A stretch of DNA of 64,000 nt from an uncultured Aliarcobacter sp. (lineage in GTDB: Bacteria; Campylobacterota; Campylobacteria; Campylobacterales; Arcobacteraceae): contig CAXXLV010000001.1 of assembly GCA_963664305.2 (NCBI GenBank), positions 800,001 through 864,000 on the forward strand, given 5' to 3'. Both the position numbers and the translations under genes were made by a program. This document shows positions 51,543-60,015 of this stretch, one piece after another; the first letter of the stretch is position 1, and each line of letters begins with the position of its first letter. The notes beneath the pieces were generated by a model that saw nothing but the letters and a program-made list of their open reading frames with translations, was not told the origin of the DNA and searched no databases.

Positions 51543-52360
51543 GACGGCATGTTATCCAAAATTTGTTGATAAACCTCTTTGATTGATTGTCCAGTCATTT
51601 TAGCAATAAGTTTTGCTTTTACTTTTGGTGCTAAATCTAAAGGTAGTATGTCATTTAGTTCAAGATTAAAACCAATTTTTTCTTTTGGTTCAATTACTAC
51701 AACCCATTCACCTTTTATATTTATATTTTTAAACTCTTCAAATATTTTTGAAGCGCTGTTTTTATAAATTGTTTGGTGAAGTTTTGTTATCTCTTTTGCT
51801 AAAAATATTGTTCTATTTGGTTCTTTTTCATTTAACTCTTCAAGAAGTTTTAAAAGTCTATGAGGTGATTCATAAAGTATTGATAATTTATCATCATTTA
51901 AAATTTCATCAAGTTTTGAAGCACGACTAGCTCCTTTATGGTCTAAAAATCCATAAAAAGAAAATGATGTATGTGAAAATCCACTCATAGCATAAGCAGT
52001 TAAAATAGCATTTGCTCCAGGAAGTACATCATAAGGAATTTGATTTTTTATACAAAAATCTACAAGTGTTGCACCAGGGTCACTAACACAAGGCATTCCA
52101 GCATCGCTTACATAAACAACATTTTTAGAAAAAGTCTCTTTATCTAAAGTTTTTAAAATTTGATTTTCATTGTGAGAGTGAAAAGATTTGTATTCTTTAT
52201 TTGAAAAGTCTAGGTTATATTTTTCACCTAAAAGATGTAGAAGTTTTTTTGTAACTCTTGTATCTTCACAAAAAATTAATTCCGATTCTTCTAGGACTTT
52301 TAAGGACCTATTCGAGATATCTTCCAAATTTCCTATTGGAGTCGGAACTAAGCACAACAT
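51539..52360 (-). CDS. rsmI: 16S rRNA Cm1402 methyltransferase
   Basis: PTPIGNLED, CEDTR, SDAGMP, YESPHR. Confidence 0.95.
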   Translation of the reverse strand: MLCLVPTPIGNLEDISNRSLKVLEESELIFCEDTRVTKKLLHLLGEKYNLDFSNKEYKSFHSHNENQILKTLDKETFSKNVVYVSDAGMPCVSDPGATLVDFCIKNQIPYDVLPGANAILTAYAMSGFSHTSFSFYGFLDHKGASRASKLDEILNDDKLSILYESPHRLLKLLEELNEKEPNRTIFLAKEITKLHQTIYKNSASKIFEEFKNINIKGEWVVVIEPKEKIGFNLELNDILPLDLAPKVKAKLIAKMTGQSIKEVYQQILDNMPS

Positions 52361-52369
52361 AGTATTGTA

Positions 52370-52573
52370 CTATTTAGCCATATTATATTTAGCTTTGAAT
52401 TTCTCAACTCTACCAGCAGCATCAACGATTTTTTGCTCACCAGTGAAGAATGGGTGGCAAGATGAACAAATGTCAATTCTTAAAGACTCAACATTTGATT
52501 TTGTTTCGAAAGAATTACCACACGCACAAGAAACTGTACAAACTTTGTAATCTGGATGAATATTTTTTTTCAT
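52370..52573 (-). CDS. rpmE: 50S ribosomal protein L31 (Zn-binding form)
   Basis: ATG 52573 reads MKKNIHP...CACG...[10 protein letters not shown]...GRVEKF. Confidence 0.96.
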   Translation of the reverse strand: MKKNIHPDYKVCTVSCACGNSFETKSNVESLRIDICSSCHPFFTGEQKIVDAAGRVEKFKAKYNMAK

Positions 52574-52654
52574 TCCAATTTTCCTTAATTTAATTATTGT
52601 TAGACAAAAGGTCAAGTCTTCGCAGGCCCTTTATCAAACTCTTTAGGGACGTGA

Positions 52655-53530
52655 TTATATCGAGAAATACTTAATAATATCTGAATTTAAGTTTTCTATT
52701 ATATTTGAAGTTTTATTTAAAAATTGACTTTTATTAAACGTATTTTGTCTTTTTGCAAGTTTAGCTGTATTTAATGAAATCTTTTCTTCAAGTTCAACTT
52801 TTGATAATTTACCATCTAAATACTCTAAAGTTTCAATTATTCCAATTGATGACATACAATTTGGTGCCCTTGTATATTTTTTTTCTAAATAAATAATCTC
52901 ATCAATTAATCCAGCTTTTATCATCTGATTTGTTCTTAAATTTATTCTTTTTTTTAGTTCTTCTTTATCCCATAAAATTTCAAATATTTTTAAATCTTTT
53001 GCTACAGCAATTTTAGGATTTTTTTCAAAATAAATAGAAGGAGTTAGACCAGTTTCTTTATAAATTGCATAAGCTTTTTCTATTCTATATCTATCATTTT
53101 TTTCAATTTTCTGCATATACTCTTTATCTAATGAATATAAAAGTTCATATGCTTCATTTTGAGGTAAATCAAGCTTTATTTTTGATTCAATACCTAAAGA
53201 TAAACCTTCTGTTAGAGCTTTTAGATAAAAACCTGTTCCACCAACGATAATTAAATTTTTAGCATTGTCTAAAGCATAATTTTTTGCAGTTTTGTAAAGT
53301 TCAATAAATTTTATAACATCAAAATCAACATTGGGATAAACTTCATCTATACCAAAATGAATAATATCACCTCTTTCTTCAACAGTTGGTTTTGCAGAAA
53401 CAATATCTATTTCTTTATAAACACAAAGAGAATCAAGAGATAAAATAATCGAATTTGTTTTTGATGCAATTTCTAAAGATAAAGCAGTTTTCCCTGAGGC
53501 TGTAGAGCCAATAATTGCAATTTCTTTCAT
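52655..53530 (-). CDS. miaA: tRNA dimethylallyltransferase
   Basis: GSTASGKT, VGGTGFY, AKRQ. Confidence 0.94.
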   Translation of the reverse strand: MKEIAIIGSTASGKTALSLEIASKTNSIILSLDSLCVYKEIDIVSAKPTVEERGDIIHFGIDEVYPNVDFDVIKFIELYKTAKNYALDNAKNLIIVGGTGFYLKALTEGLSLGIESKIKLDLPQNEAYELLYSLDKEYMQKIEKNDRYRIEKAYAIYKETGLTPSIYFEKNPKIAVAKDLKIFEILWDKEELKKRINLRTNQMIKAGLIDEIIYLEKKYTRAPNCMSSIGIIETLEYLDGKLSKVELEEKISLNTAKLAKRQNTFNKSQFLNKTSNIIENLNSDIIKYFSI

Positions 53531-53731
53531 TTATTTTGTTTTCGATTCTTTACAATCTTCAAGTTTTTTATTAAGTTCATTTATCTCTTTTTCTTTTTGA
53601 ATTAAAGTTCTTAATAATTCTGATACATCATTTGTACTTGAATTTGAAACTTCATTTTCAGTTTTTGTAGCACAAGCTGTAAAATTGAATAAAAACAGTA
53701 AACTTAAAATTAATAACAAATATTTTTTCAT
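53531..53731 (-). CDS. Small lipoprotein with coiled coil
   Basis: Signal peptide with FTAC lipobox. Confidence 0.75.
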   Translation of the reverse strand: MKKYLLLILSLLFLFNFTACATKTENEVSNSSTNDVSELLRTLIQKEKEINELNKKLEDCKESKTK

Positions 53732-53822
53732 GAAACTCTTTTTTGTATAAAATATACTAGATTATAACTAGAAAAAGTTTAATTTTTATTTTTTTAATAA
53801 TATCTTCGATAAAATCCCAAAC

Positions 53823-54683
53823 ATGAATAAACTGATAAAAAAACTTAATGATTTCAATGAACTAGTGATGTTCAAACACTCAATTTTTTCACTACCTTTT
53901 ATTTTTATTGCAATGGTAGTTGGTGCCAAAGGTTGGTTTGGTTTTAAACTTTTAATTCTTGGTGTAATGGCAGCTTTAACAGCTAGAAATTTTGCAATGG
54001 GATTTAATAGATTTATGGATAGAGATATAGATGCTTTAAATCCAAGAACTATAAACAGACCAAATGTTGATGGAAGAATCAGTCCCACTTCAATGTTTAT
54101 TTTTGTATTATTAAATGCAATTGGATTTATTGTTGTTGCCTATTTTGTAAATGATTTAGCTTTATATTTATCTATACCTATTTTGATTATCATTGGCTCA
54201 TACTCTTATTTTAAAAGATTTTCATTTTTAGCTCATATTATTTTAGGAATATCTTTAGGTTTAGCTCCTATTGCAGGAGTTGTTGCTGTTACTGAAACAA
54301 TTCCTTTTTGGGCAATAATTTTAAGTCTTGGTGTAATGTTTTGGGTTGCTGGATTTGATTTACTTTATTCTTTACAAGATATAGAAGTTGATAAAAAACT
54401 TGGACTTCACTCTATCCCATCAAAATTTGGTGTTGAAAAAACTATGTTCATTTCAAAAGTTTTTCATGCTTTAACTGTATTTTTTTGGCTTTTATTTGTT
54501 GTGTTATCTGATAGTTCTTATTTTGCTTACGTGGCAGTTGTTTTAAGTGCATTGATGCTTGGTTATGAACACTATTTAGTAAATAAAGATTTCAAAAAAA
54601 TTGATAAAGCATTCTTCACTGTAAATGGATATTTAGGGATTATATTTTTTATTTTAATTGTACTTGATAATATCTTTTTTTAA
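53823..54683 (+). CDS. mqnP: UbiA-family prenyltransferase of futalosine-pathway menaquinone synthesis
   Basis: HSIFSLPF, NRFMDRDIDALNPRT, YSLQD. Confidence 0.88.
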   Translation: MNKLIKKLNDFNELVMFKHSIFSLPFIFIAMVVGAKGWFGFKLLILGVMAALTARNFAMGFNRFMDRDIDALNPRTINRPNVDGRISPTSMFIFVLLNAIGFIVVAYFVNDLALYLSIPILIIIGSYSYFKRFSFLAHIILGISLGLAPIAGVVAVTETIPFWAIILSLGVMFWVAGFDLLYSLQDIEVDKKLGLHSIPSKFGVEKTMFISKVFHALTVFFWLLFVVLSDSSYFAYVAVVLSALMLGYEHYLVNKDFKKIDKAFFTVNGYLGIIFFILIVLDNIFF

Positions 54684-54739
54684 ATCATTACAAAAAATTT
54701 AAGTATAGCTATGCTAATATTCCAGCCTATTTTTTAGGT

Positions 54740-54816
54740 GCGTCTGTAGTTCAACTGGATAGAATGGCCGGTTTCGACCCGGTAGGTTGTGGGTTCGAAT
54801 CCTACCAGGCGTGCCA
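54740..54816 (+). tRNA. tRNA-Arg (anticodon TCG)
   Basis: Full cloverleaf: acceptor GCGTCTG/CAGGCGT, anticodon stem GCCGG/CCGGT with loop TTTCGAC, T-loop TTCGAAT, CCA end. Confidence 0.95.
54798..54816 (+). repeat. att core at the tRNA end
   Basis: AATCCTACCAGGCGTGCCA. Confidence 0.93.
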
Positions 54817-54830
54817 CTATTCCTTAAAAA

Positions 54831-54845
54831 CCCTTAAAATAAGGG
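54831..54845. terminator. Hairpin between the tRNA and the integrase stop
   Basis: CCCTTA-AAA-TAAGGG. Confidence 0.5.
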
Positions 54846-54848
54846 CTT

Positions 54849-56012
54849 TCAAATACTCTCATTTTTTTTAGGTGTCAATTCGGTGTCTAATGGTGTCAGA
54901 ATTTTTTTAAAACAATTTCCGAAATTCATATTCTGAATTGGTATATATTGTGAATATTTTTCAAGAGTTATTTTTACATTTTCGTGTCCAGCAATTTTAC
55001 TCACATAGTTTATATCTTCCCCATTACTAATTAGAGTTGATATAAATGTTCCTCTTGTTTGATGTAGATTTCTATATTCTACATTTGCTTTTTCTATTAT
55101 TGGTATCCAAATTTGTTCTCTTATTTTTCCAGCTGAATGAAAATGTTTATTTGTTCTTGTTGTTAAAAATACAAATGAATTATGATTCCCCGTTATTATT
55201 TTTTGATTTTCTAAAAAAGGAATTAAAGGTTCTATTATTGGAATAATTCTCTTGCTTTTAGTCGTTTTCAAAATATCTTTTATTTGCCCGTTTACAATTT
55301 GTCTCTTTACTGTGATAGTTCTATTTTCAAAATCTATACAATCCCAAGTTAGACCTATACATTCTCCTATCCTTAATCCAGTCATAAAAAGAACGGCTAT
55401 TAAGTTTTTATCTTGATTGGTAGCCACTGATAAAATTTGAATTATTTCTTCCGTTTTAAAAGGTGTTAGTTCTATTCTTTTAACTTTTGATTGTTCAGTT
55501 TGTTTTATTGTTTTTACCTTTTTAATAGGATTTATTTTAATAATTTCATTTTCAATAGCATCTTCAAACATTGTATATAACAATCCCCTAATTTTTAAAA
55601 TATAGCTTTTAGATAATTTATACTCTTTTTGAAGATTGTTTTGCCATAAAGTAATTTCAGAAGGTTTTACTTTATCTAATGTTTTATGCCCAAATGTTTC
55701 CTTTATATATTTATCATAATTCTTTTGGTGTCCATATATAGTGCTTTGACATCTACCACCTTTGTGTAATTCAAAAGAAAAATTCATATATTCTTCAACA
55801 GTTGGAATTTTTTTGTTTTGGTTTAATTCTCCATTCATTAGTTTGTATTGTAATATAGGAAGAATTTCATTTTCTGCTTTTTTATAATTAGCTTTTGTAT
55901 TTTCCATTTCAAGAGGTTTTCTGAATCTTTTTCCATTAATTGTATAGTTTACCCATAACCATTCTTTTGTTTGCCCTTTTTTATTTTTTACTTGTTTTAT
56001 ATAGATATTCAT
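54849..56012 (-). CDS. int: Tyrosine recombinase (phage-type integrase)
   Basis: N-terminal arm-binding-like domain; TGLRIGE, LKT, HQTR, GH and catalytic Tyr in KYSQY. Confidence 0.95.
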   Translation of the reverse strand: MNIYIKQVKNKKGQTKEWLWVNYTINGKRFRKPLEMENTKANYKKAENEILPILQYKLMNGELNQNKKIPTVEEYMNFSFELHKGGRCQSTIYGHQKNYDKYIKETFGHKTLDKVKPSEITLWQNNLQKEYKLSKSYILKIRGLLYTMFEDAIENEIIKINPIKKVKTIKQTEQSKVKRIELTPFKTEEIIQILSVATNQDKNLIAVLFMTGLRIGECIGLTWDCIDFENRTITVKRQIVNGQIKDILKTTKSKRIIPIIEPLIPFLENQKIITGNHNSFVFLTTRTNKHFHSAGKIREQIWIPIIEKANVEYRNLHQTRGTFISTLISNGEDINYVSKIAGHENVKITLEKYSQYIPIQNMNFGNCFKKILTPLDTELTPKKNESI

Positions 56013-56021
56013 TTTTTCTCC

Positions 56022-56342
56022 TTATGCTACATTTTCTAATATTCTATTTGCTAATAATTCATAATTTTTATTAGTTGTTTTATCTGAACACATTATCCAT
56101 TTATCAATTTCTGTTTTATCAAATATATTTTTCCTATGTTTTTTGTAATAGTGTAAGTCAATTACAAATTCTTCATCCTTAATCATATTTTTTATGCTCT
56201 CTTTGCTATATCCAATATATTCACTTAGTTCCTCTGTTGTTAACCATCGTTTTTCAATTTTATTCATTTCTCTATCTCTTAACAAAACTAATATGTTATA
56301 AATTTCTTGTATTTTTTCTAAATTTTCTAATGCTATATTCAT
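56022..56342 (-). CDS. Excisionase-like winged-helix protein
   Basis: WLTTEELSEYIGYSKESIKNM...IFDKTEIDKW; directly upstream of int. Confidence 0.8.
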   Translation of the reverse strand: MNIALENLEKIQEIYNILVLLRDREMNKIEKRWLTTEELSEYIGYSKESIKNMIKDEEFVIDLHYYKKHRKNIFDKTEIDKWIMCSDKTTNKNYELLANRILENVA

Positions 56343-56367
56343 TATATTTCCTTTTTATATTGATTTA

Positions 56368-56530
56368 GTGTACAAAAATCTACACATTGCAAATAAAAAA
56401 TATATGTCAATAAAAGTGTAGAAAAATGTACATTGAAATTCTATAACGAATTTACTTAAGTGTACATTAAAGTACACAAAAAATAAATCTTTAAACATTA
56501 TTAATATAAAATGTGTACAAAAAAATACAC
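56368..56530. promoter_or_regulatory. Four 18-bp imperfect palindromes GTGTA-N8-TACAC (putative operators)
   Basis: Copies at 56368-56385, 56416-56433, 56460-56477 and 56513-56530. Confidence 0.75.
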
Positions 56531-56542
56531 AAAGTTTATAGA

Positions 56543-56947
56543 ATGATTAAAAAGAAAAAAGAAAGAAAAAAAGTTTTATTGAATGATTTTGATAGTGACT
56601 TATTAAATAAAAAAGAAATTAATGAACTATTTGGAATTTTAAAAGAATTAAAAGAAAAATTAAAATTTTACATAGAAAAAAATGAATTAGATAATAAAAT
56701 AAAAAATATTGATAATTTATATTCAATTACAATACAAGAAACTGAAAGAAATATTAGACTACTAGCAACCATTTTAGAATTAAAAGATAATGAAGAAGTT
56801 GAAAAAAAGATTTCATTGGTTACATTAGCATTAAGCGATAAAAAAACTGATAAATATTCAGAAATTATAAATCTAAAAAGAGCATTTTATTCTTATAGAC
56901 ATTTATTAATCACATTAGAATTTTTAAATCCAAATTTAAATGAATAA
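56543..56947 (+). CDS. Hypothetical helical protein, divergent from xis-int
   Basis: Open frame; the track's GTG (56513) lies inside operator 4, so the in-frame ATG 56543 is preferred. Confidence 0.6.
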   Translation: MIKKKKERKKVLLNDFDSDLLNKKEINELFGILKELKEKLKFYIEKNELDNKIKNIDNLYSITIQETERNIRLLATILELKDNEEVEKKISLVTLALSDKKTDKYSEIINLKRAFYSYRHLLITLEFLNPNLNE

Positions 56948-57022
56948 TTAAACCTGACACTTTTAATTAAATAGGTCAAGAGTAAGCTTACAACTCACTT
57001 GCGTGAGTTTTCAGCTTACGAA

Positions 57023-58312
57023 CTATATATTTTTTGAGTAAATTTTAAGAATTGTATTTAAAAAATTGTCTGAAATAAAAGGTATTTGAAAAAGATTTTT
57101 ATCACTTGTAAAACCATTTTTAATAATTGCTCTACCTTTTGTAAAATCTTGAATTTCTTTCGTAGAGATTCTTTCTCGAATATTATCTTTTAAATCTATA
57201 ATATTTATATTATTATCGTTTGCAGTTTTTAATAATACTCTTGATTGAATATTATTTGTAATTGCAGTTGGTAGAATGGTACTATCAATTTTTTGACCAA
57301 ATAAAAATAATAAGATTCCTGAGGCTCTTCCTTGCATAGCTATCAAAGAAAGCTTATTAAATATAGATTCACGAATTTTTTTATCAGGATAAACACTAAC
57401 AGCACCTATCTCGTCAAATATTAGTAATGTATATGTATCTATTTTTCTAATATTATTTTCTAACATATATTTTTGAGTAGATTCCAATTCTTTTAAAACA
57501 CTATCTAGTAATATATCTAGTTTTTCAATACTTGAAACAAACTCTACATTATCAATTTTTTCATATTGTTTTAATTCAACTCCACCTTTGAGGTCAATCA
57601 TATACATTTTATTAAATCTATTAGAATTATGTAAAAAGTTTATGTTAAAAAGTTGCATTAAATTTGATTTTCCACTCCCTGATTCACCTACAATTAGGTG
57701 GTGGTCTAAAGAATTTATATCTCGATAATAAAAGCCTTTTTCATATATTCCTAGGAATAAGTAATCTTTTTTAAATAAAGAAAAATCAATAGAATAAAAA
57801 TTGGGTAACTTATAAAATGATAGAACTACACTTTTATTTTTTTTTGCTTTTATACTTACTTCATAATCATTTGAAATAATCCCCAAATAATGCAGGATTT
57901 TTTCTTTATTTTTTCTATAAGTTTCTAAATCAATTGAAACTAAATTTGCATATTCAAGCTCAAACCTTTTTAAATCCTTTGTAAAAATTTCTTCCAGAAC
58001 ATTTTTTGATTTAATATTTTTTTTAGATATAAAGAAATCCAAAAATAGTGTTCTTTTATTTCGTATCTCAATTAAAGTGTTATGTGAAAACAAGCTATGA
58101 AAGTTAAGAGAATAAGGCATTAAAATATATTTCCAGTTCCACATATAATATATAGAAACCAATAAAGAAGATATAGTAATCATGATGTATAAAGAATCTA
58201 ATTCCTCTTTAAAATCTTTTGTTGATAAACTTATTGCTGTAACATACATTATAAAACAAAAGAAGCCCATTATTAATAGGCTTCGGAAATAACTTATGAT
58301 TCCGTATATCAT
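57023..58312 (-). CDS. Membrane-anchored FtsK/SpoIIIE-family ATPase (TcpA/ConQ-like)
   Basis: 2 N-terminal TM segments; HLIVGESGSGKS, IDLKGG, LLIFDE, QGRASGI, LFGQK, GRAI. Confidence 0.88.
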   Translation of the reverse strand: MIYGIISYFRSLLIMGFFCFIMYVTAISLSTKDFKEELDSLYIMITISSLLVSIYYMWNWKYILMPYSLNFHSLFSHNTLIEIRNKRTLFLDFFISKKNIKSKNVLEEIFTKDLKRFELEYANLVSIDLETYRKNKEKILHYLGIISNDYEVSIKAKKNKSVVLSFYKLPNFYSIDFSLFKKDYLFLGIYEKGFYYRDINSLDHHLIVGESGSGKSNLMQLFNINFLHNSNRFNKMYMIDLKGGVELKQYEKIDNVEFVSSIEKLDILLDSVLKELESTQKYMLENNIRKIDTYTLLIFDEIGAVSVYPDKKIRESIFNKLSLIAMQGRASGILLFLFGQKIDSTILPTAITNNIQSRVLLKTANDNNINIIDLKDNIRERISTKEIQDFTKGRAIIKNGFTSDKNLFQIPFISDNFLNTILKIYSKNI

Positions 58313-58572
58313 TTTAACATAGGCTCACTTTGTGTAAAAAAAAGTTTGTTTTCAAAACTTGAAACTTTAACTGGGATTTTTACTGTTAAACCTTCTTTAA
58401 TAGATAAAGTATCATTTTTATCAGTTAATTTTATTTGTTGAATTTCAACACCACCGTTATCATTTTTATTAAGGAATTGTACATATATAACTTCTTCTTC
58501 CTTATACATTTTCTTTGCCATTGCAAAAACTTGACCTGTTATAATTATTTTTGAATTCATTTTTTTCTCCAA
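58309..58572 (-). CDS. Small beta-rich protein, putative ssDNA-binding/OB fold
   Basis: 87 aa with an alternating beta-strand pattern (IIITGQV, VIYVQF, VKIPVKV); between rep and the ATPase; the fold is inferred. Confidence 0.6.
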   Translation of the reverse strand: MEKKMNSKIIITGQVFAMAKKMYKEEEVIYVQFLNKNDNGGVEIQQIKLTDKNDTLSIKEGLTVKIPVKVSSFENKLFFTQSEPMLK

Positions 58573-58575
58573 TAT

Positions 58576-59754
58576 TTAAATTTTTATTTTTATATATTTT
58601 TCTTTTTTATAAACTAATTCTTTATTTATAAAAATTTCTAACTTGTCAATATAATTGTGACAAGCACCTTTAACTGAAAATTGTGTGATATATTTAAAAA
58701 GAATTATGGAAGAATTTTTATTCACTAAAAATTGATTTATGTTAGTTTGCCCTTTTTGTTTAACAAACTTTATAATAGATATATTTTTTAAAATATAATA
58801 AAAAATACTTTTACCAGTTGATGAAGCTTTTTTTAATAGCTTATCTTTTTCATTCCTATCTATACTGTGATAAATAGTCCTATAATCACCTAAAGATAAA
58901 TCTAAGTTCGATGAAGTGATTATTTTAATTTTATTAACTCTTTTCCAGCCGTCAAGTAGTCGAGCTAAATAATAGTCTGAACCCGTTTTTAGAGACTTAG
59001 TTATATATTTCATTAAATATAATGCAGGTCTACTAATACCAGATTTAAATCTGATTTTTTCTAATTCTTTCTTATCAAAATGAACTAAGTTAAAATCGTT
59101 TTGATTCAACTCAAATTCATCTATAATTTTATCAAATTTTTCTCTTACTTTTTCACTTATGCTACTTTTTTTGTTTGTTATTTTTGAATTCTTTTTTTTA
59201 CTTTTTTTAACAATAGTTTCATCTTTTACATAAAGTAAAATGTGAACATGTGGAATTAAAGTTTTATGTATTTCAAATACTTTAATATAATAAAGTTTTT
59301 TTGAAATATTTTTTATTCTTTTATAAAAAACTCTAAATACATTATTTAAAAATTTGTAACCTTGCAATATTGATTCTTCTATACTTTTAAAATCAAAATT
59401 TTTATTTATGCTAGTGTATAATCTTCTATTTTTATAATTTATAGAAGAAAAAGGATGAAAATTTGAAGGTAAAGTAAAAGTAATAAATATAGGCATTAAA
59501 CCTTCTTCTTTTGCCAAATCTTCAATGCAAAAAATTTTTTGTTCTATTGATTTTATATATTTTTTATAATTATTATCAAAGGAATAATTAATATTTAGGC
59601 ATTCACCAGTTTTTTCGTTACTAAACAAATATTTTTTTAAATAATTTTGTTGATTTAACTCCTTCCGTAAAGATGTTTTATAGTAAGAATCTTTTAAAAA
59701 TTCATATTGACTGAATAAAGGTTCTTCTTGCAATTCTTTAGTTGCATATATCAT
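58576..59754 (-). CDS. Rolling-circle replication endonuclease (HUH, two-Tyr, phage gpA-like)
   Basis: Motif I FITFTLPS, motif II PHVHILLY, motif III YLMKYITK. Confidence 0.88.
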   Translation of the reverse strand: MIYATKELQEEPLFSQYEFLKDSYYKTSLRKELNQQNYLKKYLFSNEKTGECLNINYSFDNNYKKYIKSIEQKIFCIEDLAKEEGLMPIFITFTLPSNFHPFSSINYKNRRLYTSINKNFDFKSIEESILQGYKFLNNVFRVFYKRIKNISKKLYYIKVFEIHKTLIPHVHILLYVKDETIVKKSKKKNSKITNKKSSISEKVREKFDKIIDEFELNQNDFNLVHFDKKELEKIRFKSGISRPALYLMKYITKSLKTGSDYYLARLLDGWKRVNKIKIITSSNLDLSLGDYRTIYHSIDRNEKDKLLKKASSTGKSIFYYILKNISIIKFVKQKGQTNINQFLVNKNSSIILFKYITQFSVKGACHNYIDKLEIFINKELVYKKEKYIKIKI

Positions 59755-60015
59755 TTAATTTTCTCTCTGAAACTCTTTCATGAAAATCATGAAGAGCCTA
59801 GAAGGAAAGAAGAGTTTTATTTTAAATTTTTAGTTTATTTTGCACCTTTATTTTAGATGTTATATATAGTTGTAAAAAAAAATATAAGTTTTTCTCTATT
59901 TATTTTATAAATAGGAATAAAAAAATTATGAAATAATAATTTTCATTGGAACTTTTAATATAATAATTGTTAGTATTGTAAAATATTAACGATATTAACC
60001 TAAGGAAATAAAAGC

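Noticed and set aside
56368..56530. Spaced repeats as a mini-CRISPR array
   Set aside because: The repeats are 18-bp degenerate palindromes with variable centres and uneven spacing, and no cas genes are present; they fit operators better
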